Assembly (NCBI RefSeq): GCF_001457595.1
Contig: NZ_LN831039.1
Span: 3,540,001-3,572,000, forward strand
Source of the DNA: Mycolicibacterium smegmatis
GTDB taxonomy: Bacteria > Actinomycetota > Actinomycetes > Mycobacteriales > Mycobacteriaceae
DNA: 32,000 nt
Reading direction: 5' to 3'
Positions 7,840-16,744 of this stretch are shown here, in pieces. Both the position numbers and the translations under genes were made by a program. Position 1 is the first letter of the stretch, and each line of letters begins with the position of its first letter. The notes under the pieces are model-generated. The model saw only the letters and a program-made list of their open reading frames with translations, searched no databases and was not told where the DNA came from.

Positions 7840-8706
7840 TCAGCCTGCGGTCTGCTCGCGATAATGCCTGGCGATGTCGTCACTGGTGGTCAGCCACACG
7901 TCGGGCTGGCCGGCCAGAAAGCCCAGCGCCTGATCGAGGTACTTGTGCCGGAACGGCTGGCCGATCACGAAAGGGTGTAGCGCAAGCGCCAGTACGCGTC
8001 CACCGGTCGCGGAGTCGGCGTGCAGTTGCTCGTACTGATCGCGGACCATCTGCACGAACTCCGGTCCGGTGATCCCCTTGCTGAAGATCAACAGATCGTT
8101 GAGTTCCACGGTGTACGGCACGCTGAGCATGCCGGGCACGGTCAGCGGGTAGGGCTGGTCGTCGTTCGTCCAGTCGAGCACGTACTCAAACCCCAATTCC
8201 GCCAACAACTCCGGAGTGTGGTGGGTCTCGGTCAGACCGGGACCCATCCAGCCGCGAGGCTGACGGCCGGTCGCCGCCATAATCGTCTTGGTGGTTTCGG
8301 CGAGCACCAGGCGCTCGTCATCGACGGACATGCCGGTGTGCAGGATCGAGTTGGTCTGTCCGTGCGCAAGCCAGGTCCAGTCGCGCTGCACACCGGCGGC
8401 CACGATCTGCGGGTACTCGTCGACGACCATGGAGTTCAGCAGGACGCTGGGCCGGATCCCGTGCCGGTCGAGGCTTTCGATCATCCGCCAGATACCCACG
8501 CGCGCACCGTAATCGCGCCAGCCGTGATTCAGCGCGTCGGGACGCAGTTCAGCCGTTCCCTCCCAGATGCTCGTCGAGGGGTGGTCGGGCAGGAAGTGCT
8601 CGACGTTCAACCCGGTGTACACGGCCACGCGTGCATCGTTCGGCCACCGCAGCGGCGCTCGTTCGGTGATGGGGCTGTACTCGAAAGGGGGTCGTGAGAG
8701 CGTCAT
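7840..8706 (-). CDS. Polysaccharide deacetylase family protein (PuuE/allantoinase-like subgroup)
   Basis: Family call from overall resemblance of the N-terminal region (RWPNDARVAVYTGLNVEHF...NHGWRDYGARVGIWRMIESLDRHGIRPSVLLNS...AHGQTNS). No catalytic motif was checked. Confidence 0.75.
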   Translation of the reverse strand: MTLSRPPFEYSPITERAPLRWPNDARVAVYTGLNVEHFLPDHPSTSIWEGTAELRPDALNHGWRDYGARVGIWRMIESLDRHGIRPSVLLNSMVVDEYPQIVAAGVQRDWTWLAHGQTNSILHTGMSVDDERLVLAETTKTIMAATGRQPRGWMGPGLTETHHTPELLAELGFEYVLDWTNDDQPYPLTVPGMLSVPYTVELNDLLIFSKGITGPEFVQMVRDQYEQLHADSATGGRVLALALHPFVIGQPFRHKYLDQALGFLAGQPDVWLTTSDDIARHYREQTAG

Positions 8707-8722
8707 GTCCGCACGGTAGGGG

Positions 8723-8738
8723 CTGACACCAATGTCAG
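8723..8738. promoter_or_regulatory. Perfect 6-4-6 palindrome, candidate MerR operator
   Basis: CTGACA-ccaa-TGTCAG in the 52-nt deacetylase/MerR divergent region. It overlaps the first ATG (8732) of the ORF-track MerR model. Confidence 0.4.
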
Positions 8739-8758
8739 GGTCAAGCTATAACCTCTAT

Positions 8759-9136
8759 ATGCGAATCGGTGAACTGGCCGGCCGCACCGGCGTGAGCGAG
8801 CGGTCCCTGCGCTACTACGAGCAGCAGAATCTGCTGGTCTCTGACCGCACCCCGAGCGGTCACCGGGATTACCCCGACGCCGCCGTCGACCGCGTCATCC
8901 ACATCCAGGAGCTCTACGCCGCCGGCCTCAACAGCCGCACCATCGCGTCACTGCTGCCGTGTATGCGCGACAGCGACGGGGCTCCTTCACCGCAGGCAAC
9001 ACCACAGCTGCTCACGGTGCTGACCTCCGAGCGCGATCGGTTGGAGAAGTCGATACGTGAGCTCGCAGCCTCGCGAGAGGTGCTCGACGGGGTCATCGCG
9101 AACGCGTCTGTGCCGATTCCCACCGATCGCGAGTGA
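8759..9136 (+). CDS. MerR family transcriptional regulator
   Basis: MRIGELAGRTGVSERSLRYYEQQNLL is the canonical MerR N-terminal HTH. Start placed at the second ATG (8759). 8732 remains possible. Confidence 0.85.
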   Translation: MRIGELAGRTGVSERSLRYYEQQNLLVSDRTPSGHRDYPDAAVDRVIHIQELYAAGLNSRTIASLLPCMRDSDGAPSPQATPQLLTVLTSERDRLEKSIRELAASREVLDGVIANASVPIPTDRE

Positions 9137-9215
9137 CCCGCCCGGGCGGCATGCAGAGTTCAGTCACCACGTTGGTCCCGACTGCGCCGCCCAGTGAAAT
9201 CCTGGCGTCGGACCG

Positions 9216-10346
9216 CTATACCGCGGCAGCGCCTCGACGCAGATGCTCGACCTCGGCGCCGCTGATCGTGATCGCTGCGACGCCGATGCCCACCACGATG
9301 CCGACCGCTGTGTCAAAGACGCGATCAACCGCCGCACCCGGGGCCAACCCCGAGCCAAGCCCGGTGAGCAGCAACGCCATCGGCGTCACCGCCAGCGACG
9401 TCAACGCGTAGTTCACGGTGGACGCGACCTCTGCCGCGACCTGGAACACGATGATCGCCACCACGGCGCCCCAGTAGCCCAACGGCAGCGCCAACAGCCC
9501 TGCGGCCAGCACTCCGCCACCTACATTGCCCAGCAACCGTTGCACACCGCGGTGCACGGTGACGTGGTAACCGACACCCTGCATGGCAGCCACGGCGCCC
9601 ATGGCAGCCCACATCGGATGATCCAGGCCGAGTCCCATCGCGGCCGCAGCGGCGACCGCTCCCGCCACCGTGATCCGCGCGCTTCGGGCCAGTAGCGCGC
9701 GGTGCGGTGCTCGTGTGAGCGTGACCCGCAGCGGTTCGCGCCGCGCCGTCTCCGGTTGAGTTGTCCCGTCTGCCCGGCGCAACTTCTGGAGCAGCCAGGG
9801 AGCCAGTGCCGCGACAGCACCCAACACTGCGCCGGCGGCCGTCACCGTGACCGCCCGAACGACGTCGCCCGCGTCGTGGGCGAAAGCCTGCCCGCCGACC
9901 GCGCCGAACACGAACACCACTGCCCCCGGGCCGACGATGTGCAGCGCCCACATGAGATATGCCGCGGCACCGGCCAGTAGCGAGATCACCAGCGTCGATA
10001 CGACGACGCCGCTGCCGGTGGCCCCCAGCACGGCACCGATGCCAATGGCTGCGGTGATGCCGATCCCGAGCACGGCGAGACGGCCCGCGCGCACCGGATA
10101 GGGATCCGGTCGGCAGAACGCCGAGACCAGCGCTCCCAGCGCCGCGAATCCCGCGACGTCGCGGTGGCCGAACACTCCCCCGGCGACGAACACCAGCGTC
10201 ACCGCGACGCCGACGCGCAACGGAACGGCCAGGCCGGCTTTGCGGAAATCGCCGCGAAGAACTCCGCGCCAACCCTTCGGTGTCACGGCGTGCGCCAGGG
10301 CGACATAGCCGTGGGGGAGGCGTCGGGTCACAGGGGAAGCAAGCAC
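9216..10346 (-). CDS. FUSC / aromatic-acid-exporter-like integral membrane protein
   Basis: Two hydrophobic multi-span halves separated by a charged loop (LLQKLRRADGTTQPETARREP). Divergent from a MarR gene. Confidence 0.7.
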   Translation of the reverse strand: MLASPVTRRLPHGYVALAHAVTPKGWRGVLRGDFRKAGLAVPLRVGVAVTLVFVAGGVFGHRDVAGFAALGALVSAFCRPDPYPVRAGRLAVLGIGITAAIGIGAVLGATGSGVVVSTLVISLLAGAAAYLMWALHIVGPGAVVFVFGAVGGQAFAHDAGDVVRAVTVTAAGAVLGAVAALAPWLLQKLRRADGTTQPETARREPLRVTLTRAPHRALLARSARITVAGAVAAAAAMGLGLDHPMWAAMGAVAAMQGVGYHVTVHRGVQRLLGNVGGGVLAAGLLALPLGYWGAVVAIIVFQVAAEVASTVNYALTSLAVTPMALLLTGLGSGLAPGAAVDRVFDTAVGIVVGIGVAAITISGAEVEHLRRGAAAV

Positions 10347-10360
10347 CGGGAAACTTTATC

Positions 10361-10382
10361 ACTGTTTTACTTCTGAAATAGT
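10361..10382. promoter_or_regulatory. AT-rich imperfect palindrome in the FUSC/MarR divergent promoter
   Basis: ACTGTTTTACT|TCTGAAATAGT, 7 of 11 arm positions complementary, inside the only AT-rich 54 nt between the two starts. Confidence 0.25.
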
Positions 10383-10400
10383 TCTGGCTAACCTGGACCG

Positions 10401-10910
10401 ATGGACGACGCAGCGGACGACGTTATGCTCACCGACACCGTCGACCACGTCCGTCACGAGTGGGCTAAGACGTATCCCCACCTCGACACCTCACCCATCG
10501 AAGTCCTCGGCCGCGTGCAGCGGATCGCGTCGATCTGCAACCACCGACTCGATCTCGACCTCGCACGGCACGGTGTCAACCGTTCGGAGTTCAGCGTGCT
10601 GAGCGCGCTGGCGCGGGCCGGACGACCACTGCGGGCCAGTGAGGTCGTCTCCACGACCATGCTGAGCGGTGCATCGATCACCAAGATTGCCGACAGTCTG
10701 GTCGGCCGCGGCCTTGTGGTGCGACAGAAGTCGGAGCGCGACGGGCGGGTGGTCCTGCTCGCGCCCACTGACGCCGGACGTGCCGTCGTCGACGACGAGA
10801 TGCCCCGTCGCATCGCCGGTGACGCTCAACTCATCGCGGGCCTCACTCCGGCCGAACGCGAGACACTTTCCGGCCTGCTTCGGAAAGTCTGTGCCGCACT
10901 GGGTGATTGA
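10401..10910 (+). CDS. MarR family transcriptional regulator
   Basis: Winged-helix region (FSVLSALARAGRPLRASEVVSTTMLSGASITKIADSLVGRGLVVRQKSERDGRVVLLAPTDAG). Confidence 0.85.
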   Translation: MDDAADDVMLTDTVDHVRHEWAKTYPHLDTSPIEVLGRVQRIASICNHRLDLDLARHGVNRSEFSVLSALARAGRPLRASEVVSTTMLSGASITKIADSLVGRGLVVRQKSERDGRVVLLAPTDAGRAVVDDEMPRRIAGDAQLIAGLTPAERETLSGLLRKVCAALGD

Positions 10911-11032
10911 CCGTGGACATCATGGCCGGCCATATGCATGCCCGGAACGGTCGCAATCGGCCGCGATCCGAGCACTTCACACCGACGCCCGGGAGTTCGT
11001 AGAGTTGTCCGCATCGTGCCTGGATCCACACC

Positions 11033-11899
11033 ATGATCGGTTGGCTCTTCGGACTGGGCTCGGCGGTGCTGTACGGCATGTCCGATTTTGTCGGCGGTCT
11101 GGCGTCGCGGCGGTCCCACTTCGTCGTTGTTGCCCTGCTCGGCCAGTGCGCCGGGCTGATCGCGTCTGCCCTGGCCGGTCTGATGATCGGCGCCGAATCG
11201 ATACCGCGCAGCGATCTGTGGTGGGGCGCGCTGTCCGGCTTCGGAACAGCGGTGGGCATGGCGTTTCTGTTCCGTGGGCTCAGCCGTGGCGCGATGAGTG
11301 TGATCGTCCCGGTCAGCGCGGTGACGGGTGTGTCGATTCCCGTGCTGTTCGGAGTCGTCGTCGAGGGGCAACGGCCGTCGCTGCTCGCCTGGCTCGGCAT
11401 CGTGGTCGCCGTTCCGGCGCTGTGGTTGGTGGCCGGGCGGCAGAGCCGGAACGCCGAAGGGCTCAAGGGATCTGGTGTCGGTGACGGTCTGGTCGCGGGC
11501 GTCGGAATCGCTGTGCAATACCTGGCTCTCGCGCACGCGTCAGCGGCGTCCGGCTTGTGGCCGGTTGCGGCTGGACGCGTCAGCGCAGTCCTCGTCCTGA
11601 TCGTCATGGCGATCTTTGTCATGCGTCATCTGAAGGACGAGCACGATCGATCGCCGCTTCGGACAACGATGGCCTCGGGAGTGCTGGCAACATCGGCAGG
11701 CGTCCTGGCGGCGGCGGCCCTCGCCGCGTACGCGATCGCCACACGTCACCAACTTGCCGCCATCGCCGTGGTGCTGTCGTCGATGTATCCGGTGATACCG
11801 GTTCTCCTCGGCGTCACGGTGTTACGCGAACATCTCACCCGTCAACAGAGCGCAGGTCTTCTAGCGGCTGCGGCGGCGACGGTCCTGCTCGCCGTTTGA
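11033..11899 (+). CDS. EamA/DMT family transporter
   Basis: About 10 TMS in two repeated halves. The N-terminus (GLGSAVLYGMSDFVGGLASRR) is typical of DMT permeases. Confidence 0.8.
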   Translation: MIGWLFGLGSAVLYGMSDFVGGLASRRSHFVVVALLGQCAGLIASALAGLMIGAESIPRSDLWWGALSGFGTAVGMAFLFRGLSRGAMSVIVPVSAVTGVSIPVLFGVVVEGQRPSLLAWLGIVVAVPALWLVAGRQSRNAEGLKGSGVGDGLVAGVGIAVQYLALAHASAASGLWPVAAGRVSAVLVLIVMAIFVMRHLKDEHDRSPLRTTMASGVLATSAGVLAAAALAAYAIATRHQLAAIAVVLSSMYPVIPVLLGVTVLREHLTRQQSAGLLAAAAATVLLAV

Positions 11900-11923
11900 G
11901 GTGATGTCGCAGGGTTACCTGCC

Positions 11924-12427
11924 CTACCCGGAGGAAACGTCGACCTCGGCTGAACCCTTCTCTGCCAAGCCGGCCAGATGCTTGAGCGAGTTGTCCAGGT
12001 GCTGAGGATCGAACGGAGGGAAGCCGATGTGCTGCCGGATGGCGTCCGGCACCGCTGACCAGTCGTATGTCAGGGTGATCCTCGTGCGGGCGGGGGCGAG
12101 AGACTCGAGGTCGTAGCGCCAGGACCAACCCCCGAACTTGAGGGTTCCGTCGTCGGTGTCCTCGCCGGGCAGCCATGCGATCGCAATCGGCGGATCGAAC
12201 ACCTCGACCCGGTTGGCGACCGTGTAGTGCATGCCCCCGAAATTCCGGTGGTACATCGCCATTCGGAAGATCTGCCCTACCGTGGTCAGCTTTGCGCTGT
12301 CGAGGGATTCCCGCACCCAGCCGGTTCCGTCGATCGCGTGGTGCGCCGTGGGATCAGCGAGTACGCCGAATACGGTTGCGGCCGGCGCATCGACGATGCG
12401 CTCTGCCGTCATGATGTCATTGCTCAT
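11924..12427 (-). CDS. SRPBCC (START/Bet v1-like, polyketide cyclase/dehydrase-type) family protein
   Basis: ERIVDAPAATVFGVLADPTAHHAIDG... is a typical SRPBCC N-terminal strand-helix pattern. 167 aa. Confidence 0.75.
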   Translation of the reverse strand: MSNDIMTAERIVDAPAATVFGVLADPTAHHAIDGTGWVRESLDSAKLTTVGQIFRMAMYHRNFGGMHYTVANRVEVFDPPIAIAWLPGEDTDDGTLKFGGWSWRYDLESLAPARTRITLTYDWSAVPDAIRQHIGFPPFDPQHLDNSLKHLAGLAEKGSAEVDVSSG

Positions 12428-12510
12428 GTCGGTACTGACCGCAAAGGCAGGGAAAATTCATCGCGTGCGCGCACTGCGGTGTCGAAAGCGTTGCGACACA
12501 AGGTGAAGAG

Positions 12511-12939
12511 TCAGTGCAGGGCCGCGAGGTTCTGCACCGATTTGCGGACGTCGGAGGTGAGTACCTTCGCGACGAGAGATCCCACCGGTCCGCTGAGCAG
12601 CCCGCCCGAGAGGTCGGCCACAAGGTGGAAGCACGATCCGGCAGGATCTTCGCCCACTGTCATCATCAGCGCGATGCGAACGCCTCCGCGCCCGTGCCCG
12701 CGCATCTCGATCCGCCGCGGCTCGTCGTACTGGGTGACCTCCCAGTGGATGACGTTGCGGAAGCCCTTCACCTTGATCAGCGCAGAGACGCGTGTCCCCA
12801 CCTCGATGATGTCGGGGACGGCGCTTCGCCACCCGCCGAAGATGGTCAGCCACTCGTCGAACCGCCCGAGATCAGATGCCAATTTCCAGGCCTGCTCAGG
12901 TGTCATCTGTGAGGCGACCTGCACCTCGACCTTCGCCAT
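12511..12939 (-). CDS. SRPBCC family protein
   Basis: MAKVEVQVASQMTPEQAWKLASDLGRFDEWL..., about 142 aa. Start moved to ATG 12939, which has GGAGAG/GGAGAC upstream. The longer ORF-track N-terminus is Arg/Ser-rich. Confidence 0.75.
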   Translation of the reverse strand: MAKVEVQVASQMTPEQAWKLASDLGRFDEWLTIFGGWRSAVPDIIEVGTRVSALIKVKGFRNVIHWEVTQYDEPRRIEMRGHGRGGVRIALMMTVGEDPAGSCFHLVADLSGGLLSGPVGSLVAKVLTSDVRKSVQNLAALH

Positions 12940-12986
12940 GTCGTCTCCGCGCTCTCCGTAGTGTTCAAACGATCCTGGTATGCGGC

Positions 12987-13015
12987 GGGGTCCGCAGCAA
13001 TATCCTGCGAACCCC
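12987..13015 (-). terminator. 11-bp stem-loop just downstream of the ferritin-like gene (intercistronic hairpin or terminator)
   Basis: Minus-strand RNA GGGGUUCGCAG-gauauug-CUGCGGACCCC (one G-U pair). It starts 16 nt after the stop at 13031. No U-tract. Confidence 0.3.
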
Positions 13016-13030
13016 ACCGAAGCTGGCCGG

Positions 13031-13993
13031 TCAGCCGATGCCGACGACTTCCTGGGCGATGGCTGCGAGCCGGGTCTGCGCCGCCGAGACGACGCGCTGG
13101 CGGTTCTTGTGGGCCTCTTCCCACGCGACGATGGTGCGGATGTCACCGGGATCGGTCAGATCCTTGATGGCCGAGATCGCGTCCTGGACCGTGCGCTCAT
13201 CGTAATCCGGGATCGGGAGCTCAGCCGGATCGAGGGCACCGGCCGCGGTCCGCAGGCTGCGCAGCGCGTCGGCCGTCTTGTCTGCGCCGTCGCGGCGGGT
13301 GATGTTCTCCGCGGCAGTCAGCGCCGCATCACGGGACCCGGTGAGGACCCGGCCTGCGAGTTCGCCGGCGTACGCACCACGGTCGATGAACTGGTCGAAC
13401 GTGGGACGAATGCTCCGGATGCTCTCGACGGCACGATCGATGCCCCGGGTCGACCACTGGGCCGGCAGGTTCGCCGCCCGCACAGCCAAGCCGACCGCAG
13501 CCTGGACGGGTGTCCGGCGCAGCGCGGCCGGCCCACCCAGGGCATCCTCGGCGAGCACGGTGGTCAGCCAGTCGACTGTCGCCGAGTGCGCTTCGATCAA
13601 CCGGTCGGCGAGCCGGACCACGTCGGGTTGCTTGGCGGCAACCGCCAGCGCCTTGATGTAGCGGGAGCGGTCGAGGAGCTGGTCTTCGAGCGCCAGATCA
13701 CCGAGCAGCGCCTCGTCGAAGGGCGCGGCCTGCTCGGTGAGCGCCTTCACCGCGGCGGCGGCACGCCCGAAGAACGGGCCGACGACGTCCGGGTAGCCGC
13801 CCAGGTCGCGGATGGCCTCCTCGATCGCCGCTGCGCGATCACGGCCGTTGGCGGCGTTCTCGCTGAGTTCGCGGCGGACCGCCTCGGTGCGGGCCTGGGC
13901 CACCCGGGTCTCGGCGACCTGGATTTCGGTGTTGGTGAGGTCGAGAACTGCGCGCAACTGCGCGAGCAACTTGGTGGTATCTGCGGTGGTCAT
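13031..13993 (-). CDS. Ferritin-like / DUF-type helical stress protein with a conserved actinobacterial C-terminal module
   Basis: All-helical, Ala/Glu/Arg-rich. C-terminal PDYDERTVQDAISAIKDLTDPGDIRTIVAWEEAHKNRQRVVSAAQ resembles a module I recall from actinobacterial stress proteins. Start at ATG 13993 (MTTADTTKLL). Confidence 0.6.
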   Translation of the reverse strand: MTTADTTKLLAQLRAVLDLTNTEIQVAETRVAQARTEAVRRELSENAANGRDRAAAIEEAIRDLGGYPDVVGPFFGRAAAAVKALTEQAAPFDEALLGDLALEDQLLDRSRYIKALAVAAKQPDVVRLADRLIEAHSATVDWLTTVLAEDALGGPAALRRTPVQAAVGLAVRAANLPAQWSTRGIDRAVESIRSIRPTFDQFIDRGAYAGELAGRVLTGSRDAALTAAENITRRDGADKTADALRSLRTAAGALDPAELPIPDYDERTVQDAISAIKDLTDPGDIRTIVAWEEAHKNRQRVVSAAQTRLAAIAQEVVGIG

Positions 13994-14305
13994 GAATCTG
14001 CCCCTCTGCGTTGACGGATTTGTCGGCGCTGGGTGCACCTGATCCTCCGGATACCCGATGTGCGCGCAACCGACTCGGGAAACGGCCGCCGCTCACCATG
14101 ACCTACGTCACACCGGCGAGCCAGGGAAACGTCCGTGCGGCAAGGGCCGGCCACGGGGAGCGAGACGGCGTTCGGGACCGGGCGACTGGAACGACGCGAG
14201 ATCAGTTTTCAGCGGGGACATCATGTCCTCGGCAGTGGGAACGGTGCGACGGTCGGCCTGTCGTTTCGCCGTTGCGATGGATTCCTTCTCGTATGAGGCG
14301 ATTCG

Positions 14306-14322
14306 GCGCGCCAGAGGCGCGC
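14306..14322 (-). terminator. GC-only 7-bp hairpin downstream of the MFS-SDR operon
   Basis: GCGCGCC-aga-GGCGCGC, about 30 nt past the SDR stop (14350). No U-tract. Confidence 0.3.
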
Positions 14323-14349
14323 GGTTGCCCTACCGGTACCGTTGGGCGA

Positions 14350-15120
14350 TCACACGACGGCCGTCATGCCCCCGTCGACGAACAGCACCTGCCCATTCAC
14401 ATAGGCAGATGCCGGCGAGGCGAGGAAGATCGCGGGCCCGACGAGATCGTCGACCGTCCCCCACCTCCCCGCCGGCGTACGGCCCAGAATCCAGTTGTTG
14501 AACGACGTATCGTCGACGAGAGCCTGGGTCATCTCGGTGTGGATGTACCCGGGGGCCAAGCCGTTGATCTGCAAGCCGCCGCCTGCCCATTCGGCCGTCA
14601 TCGCGCGGGTGAGGTTGCGCAGGCCGCCCTTCGCGGCGGTGTAGGCCGCGATCGAGGGTCGCGCGAGATCTGTTTGCACCGAACAGATGTTGATGATCTT
14701 TCCCGATCCGCGGGCCAGCTGGTGTCGCGCAACCTCACGTCCCACCAGAAATGCGCTGGTGAGGTCCACGTCGATCACGCGCTGCCAATTCGCCAGGCTC
14801 ACCTCGAGCAGGGGTTCACGATGCTGCAGGCCGGCGTTGTTGACCAGCACCTCGATGGGCCCGATGCGCTGTTCGATGTCATCGATGGCGGATGACACCT
14901 CGTCGGGATCCGTCACGTCGAATCGCGCGGCGTACACGGCGTCCGTGCCGAACTTCTCGCGCAGACCGTCACACGTGTGTTCGAGACGGGGTCCGTCGAC
15001 ACCGTTGAGCACCACACGCGCACCGGCCTCGGCCAGCCCCGCGGCGATGGCCAGACCGATCCCCCGGCTCGAGCCCGTGACGACCGCGAGCCGCCCGGTC
15101 AGGTCGAACAGGCCGGTCAC
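14350..15120 (-). CDS. SDR family oxidoreductase (gluconate 5-dehydrogenase / KduD-like)
   Basis: TGSSRGIG cofactor motif, NNAG, and catalytic YTAAK. Start at GTG 15120, overlapping the upstream MFS stop as GTGA. The rest of the 531-aa ORF-track model is an out-of-frame shadow of the MFS gene. Confidence 0.85.
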   Translation of the reverse strand: MTGLFDLTGRLAVVTGSSRGIGLAIAAGLAEAGARVVLNGVDGPRLEHTCDGLREKFGTDAVYAARFDVTDPDEVSSAIDDIEQRIGPIEVLVNNAGLQHREPLLEVSLANWQRVIDVDLTSAFLVGREVARHQLARGSGKIINICSVQTDLARPSIAAYTAAKGGLRNLTRAMTAEWAGGGLQINGLAPGYIHTEMTQALVDDTSFNNWILGRTPAGRWGTVDDLVGPAIFLASPASAYVNGQVLFVDGGMTAVV

Positions 15121-16541
15121 CGTCCCACGACCGCGGCGGCATCGTTGCGGTAGGACTGCGCCAAAGGCTCTGGGCGGGCGGCGATCTCGGACTCGCTGTC
15201 GCCGTCGGCGTTGGTCAGCAAGGTGAGGTCGCGTGCTCGGGTCTCGGGCGTGCGCAATGTCGCGTAGAGGGTGATAAGCGTCAAGATGATGACGTAGGCC
15301 GCCAGCGGAACCCACGAATTGTTGAACCAGCTGAGCAGGAGCGCACCGACGAACGGAGCGATGCCGCCTGCGATGATGGCACTGAACTCGCGGCTGACCG
15401 CGACCCCGATGTACCGATGCCGTGATCCGAAAAGCTCTGGCAGTGCGGCGCATTGGGCACCGAGCATCACGTTGACACCGACACCGTATGCGATCGCGAT
15501 GACGACGACAGTGAGCACGGGGTTGCCCAGTGACAGCAGTGGCCATGCGACGGCGGCGAGTACCAACTGGATGACCGCGCCTACGCGGTAGACCCTCATG
15601 CGGCCGAATCTGTCCGACAGCGATCCTGCGAACGGGATGACGAAGAAGCCGATCACCGCGCCGATCGCGACCGCCAATGGACCGACGGACTTCTGCACGC
15701 CCAGCGCGCTCACGTAGGTGATGCTCAGGGTTTGATAGATGTACGAGCCGCCGTTCTCCGCCATCCGCAGACCAATACCTCGCCACACGGTGGGCCGTGA
15801 CGACTGCAGCAACTCGCGGAAAGGCTTCTGGCTGACCTGATCCCGCTTTTCGAGGGTGACGAACGTCGGACTTTCCTTGAGCCGCAGCCGGATCAGCACG
15901 GCAACGCCGATGAGGAAGATGGACGCCAGAAACGGGATGCGCCACACCCAGCCGAGCAGCGCATCATCGGGCACCTGGCCCAGACCGACGAACACCGCCG
16001 AGGCCAACAACGTCCCGAGCATGATCCCGACGAATGGGAGGGCCGAGTAGAAACCGCGGCGCCGCACCGGGGAGTACTCCGCCATCAACGTGGTGGCGCC
16101 GGCCTGTTCGGCCCCGGCGCCGAAGCCCTGTGCGATTCGCAGGACCACCAGAAGGATCGGCGCGAGCGCACCCACCTGTTCACCGGTGGGCAGCACTCCG
16201 ATCAGCGTGCTGGACCCGCCCATGAGGGCGATCGTGAGCATCAGAACCCACTTGCGGCCGAGTCGGTCACCGAGGGCACCGAAGAAAAGACCTCCGACCG
16301 GCCTCGCGACGAAGCCGATCGCGAGCGTCGCGAGGCTGGCGACCGTGCCCGCTGATGCTCCGAGCGCCGGAAAGAAGATCTCGCCGAAGATCAATGCCGA
16401 TGCGAGCGAGTACAGCGCAAAGTCGTAGTACTCCAGCGCACTGCCGACCGATGCGGCCAGCGTCGCCCGTTTGAGGTTGCGAGCGTACTCGGGATCGTCG
16501 CTGCCGCGGGCGGCCTCGGCGGACGGGTGCTGATCAGCCAT
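15117..16541 (-). CDS. MFS transporter, metabolite:H+ symporter (MHS) family
   Basis: N-terminus (ATLAASVGSALEYYDFALYSLASALIFGEIFFP) and the GALGDRLGRK loop are typical of MHS carboxylate/osmolyte symporters. 12 TMS. Confidence 0.85.
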   Translation of the reverse strand: MADQHPSAEAARGSDDPEYARNLKRATLAASVGSALEYYDFALYSLASALIFGEIFFPALGASAGTVASLATLAIGFVARPVGGLFFGALGDRLGRKWVLMLTIALMGGSSTLIGVLPTGEQVGALAPILLVVLRIAQGFGAGAEQAGATTLMAEYSPVRRRGFYSALPFVGIMLGTLLASAVFVGLGQVPDDALLGWVWRIPFLASIFLIGVAVLIRLRLKESPTFVTLEKRDQVSQKPFRELLQSSRPTVWRGIGLRMAENGGSYIYQTLSITYVSALGVQKSVGPLAVAIGAVIGFFVIPFAGSLSDRFGRMRVYRVGAVIQLVLAAVAWPLLSLGNPVLTVVVIAIAYGVGVNVMLGAQCAALPELFGSRHRYIGVAVSREFSAIIAGGIAPFVGALLLSWFNNSWVPLAAYVIILTLITLYATLRTPETRARDLTLLTNADGDSESEIAARPEPLAQSYRNDAAAVVGR

Positions 16542-16656
16542 GTTCGTTCTCCGGTGGTGGTTCCGCGGGCAGATACGCGGGCCCAGGGGCCGCGATGTGG
16601 TCCATATGCGGGACGCGTCGTGATGTGATGGCCAACATACGCCGCATCAGAACGCA

Positions 16657-16744
16657 GTTCAATACCTCGAACAGGATAGCCATATCATCGTTGATGTTGC
16701 CGAGATTGTTCGATATAGCTACATAGTGTTCAGTCTGTCGAACA
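16657..16744. promoter_or_regulatory. Two GTTC-N8-GAAC boxes in an AT-rich divergent control region (candidate IclR operators)
   Basis: GTTCaatacctcGAAC (16657-16672) and TGTTCagtctgtcGAACA (16727-16744), centres 71 nt apart. Extra half-site TGTTCGA at 16707-16713. The region is clearly AT-richer than its flanks. Confidence 0.45.

Noticed and set aside
9138-9149. 12-bp GC palindrome CCGCCCGGGCGG right after the MerR stop. Also a 6-bp hairpin GGAGCA-cggc-TGCTCC (5637-5652) after the CGNR gene, as possible terminators.
   Set aside because: The stems are short, there are no U-tracts, and such GC palindromes are frequent in this composition. Evidence is too weak to call them features.
14051-14090. 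SigF-type promoter upstream of the ferritin-like gene (GGGTAT on the minus strand at 14056-14051).
   Set aside because: The nearest GTTT-containing -35 candidates sit about 23 or about 11 nt away instead of the expected 15-17 nt spacing. A lone -10-like hexamer is not enough.
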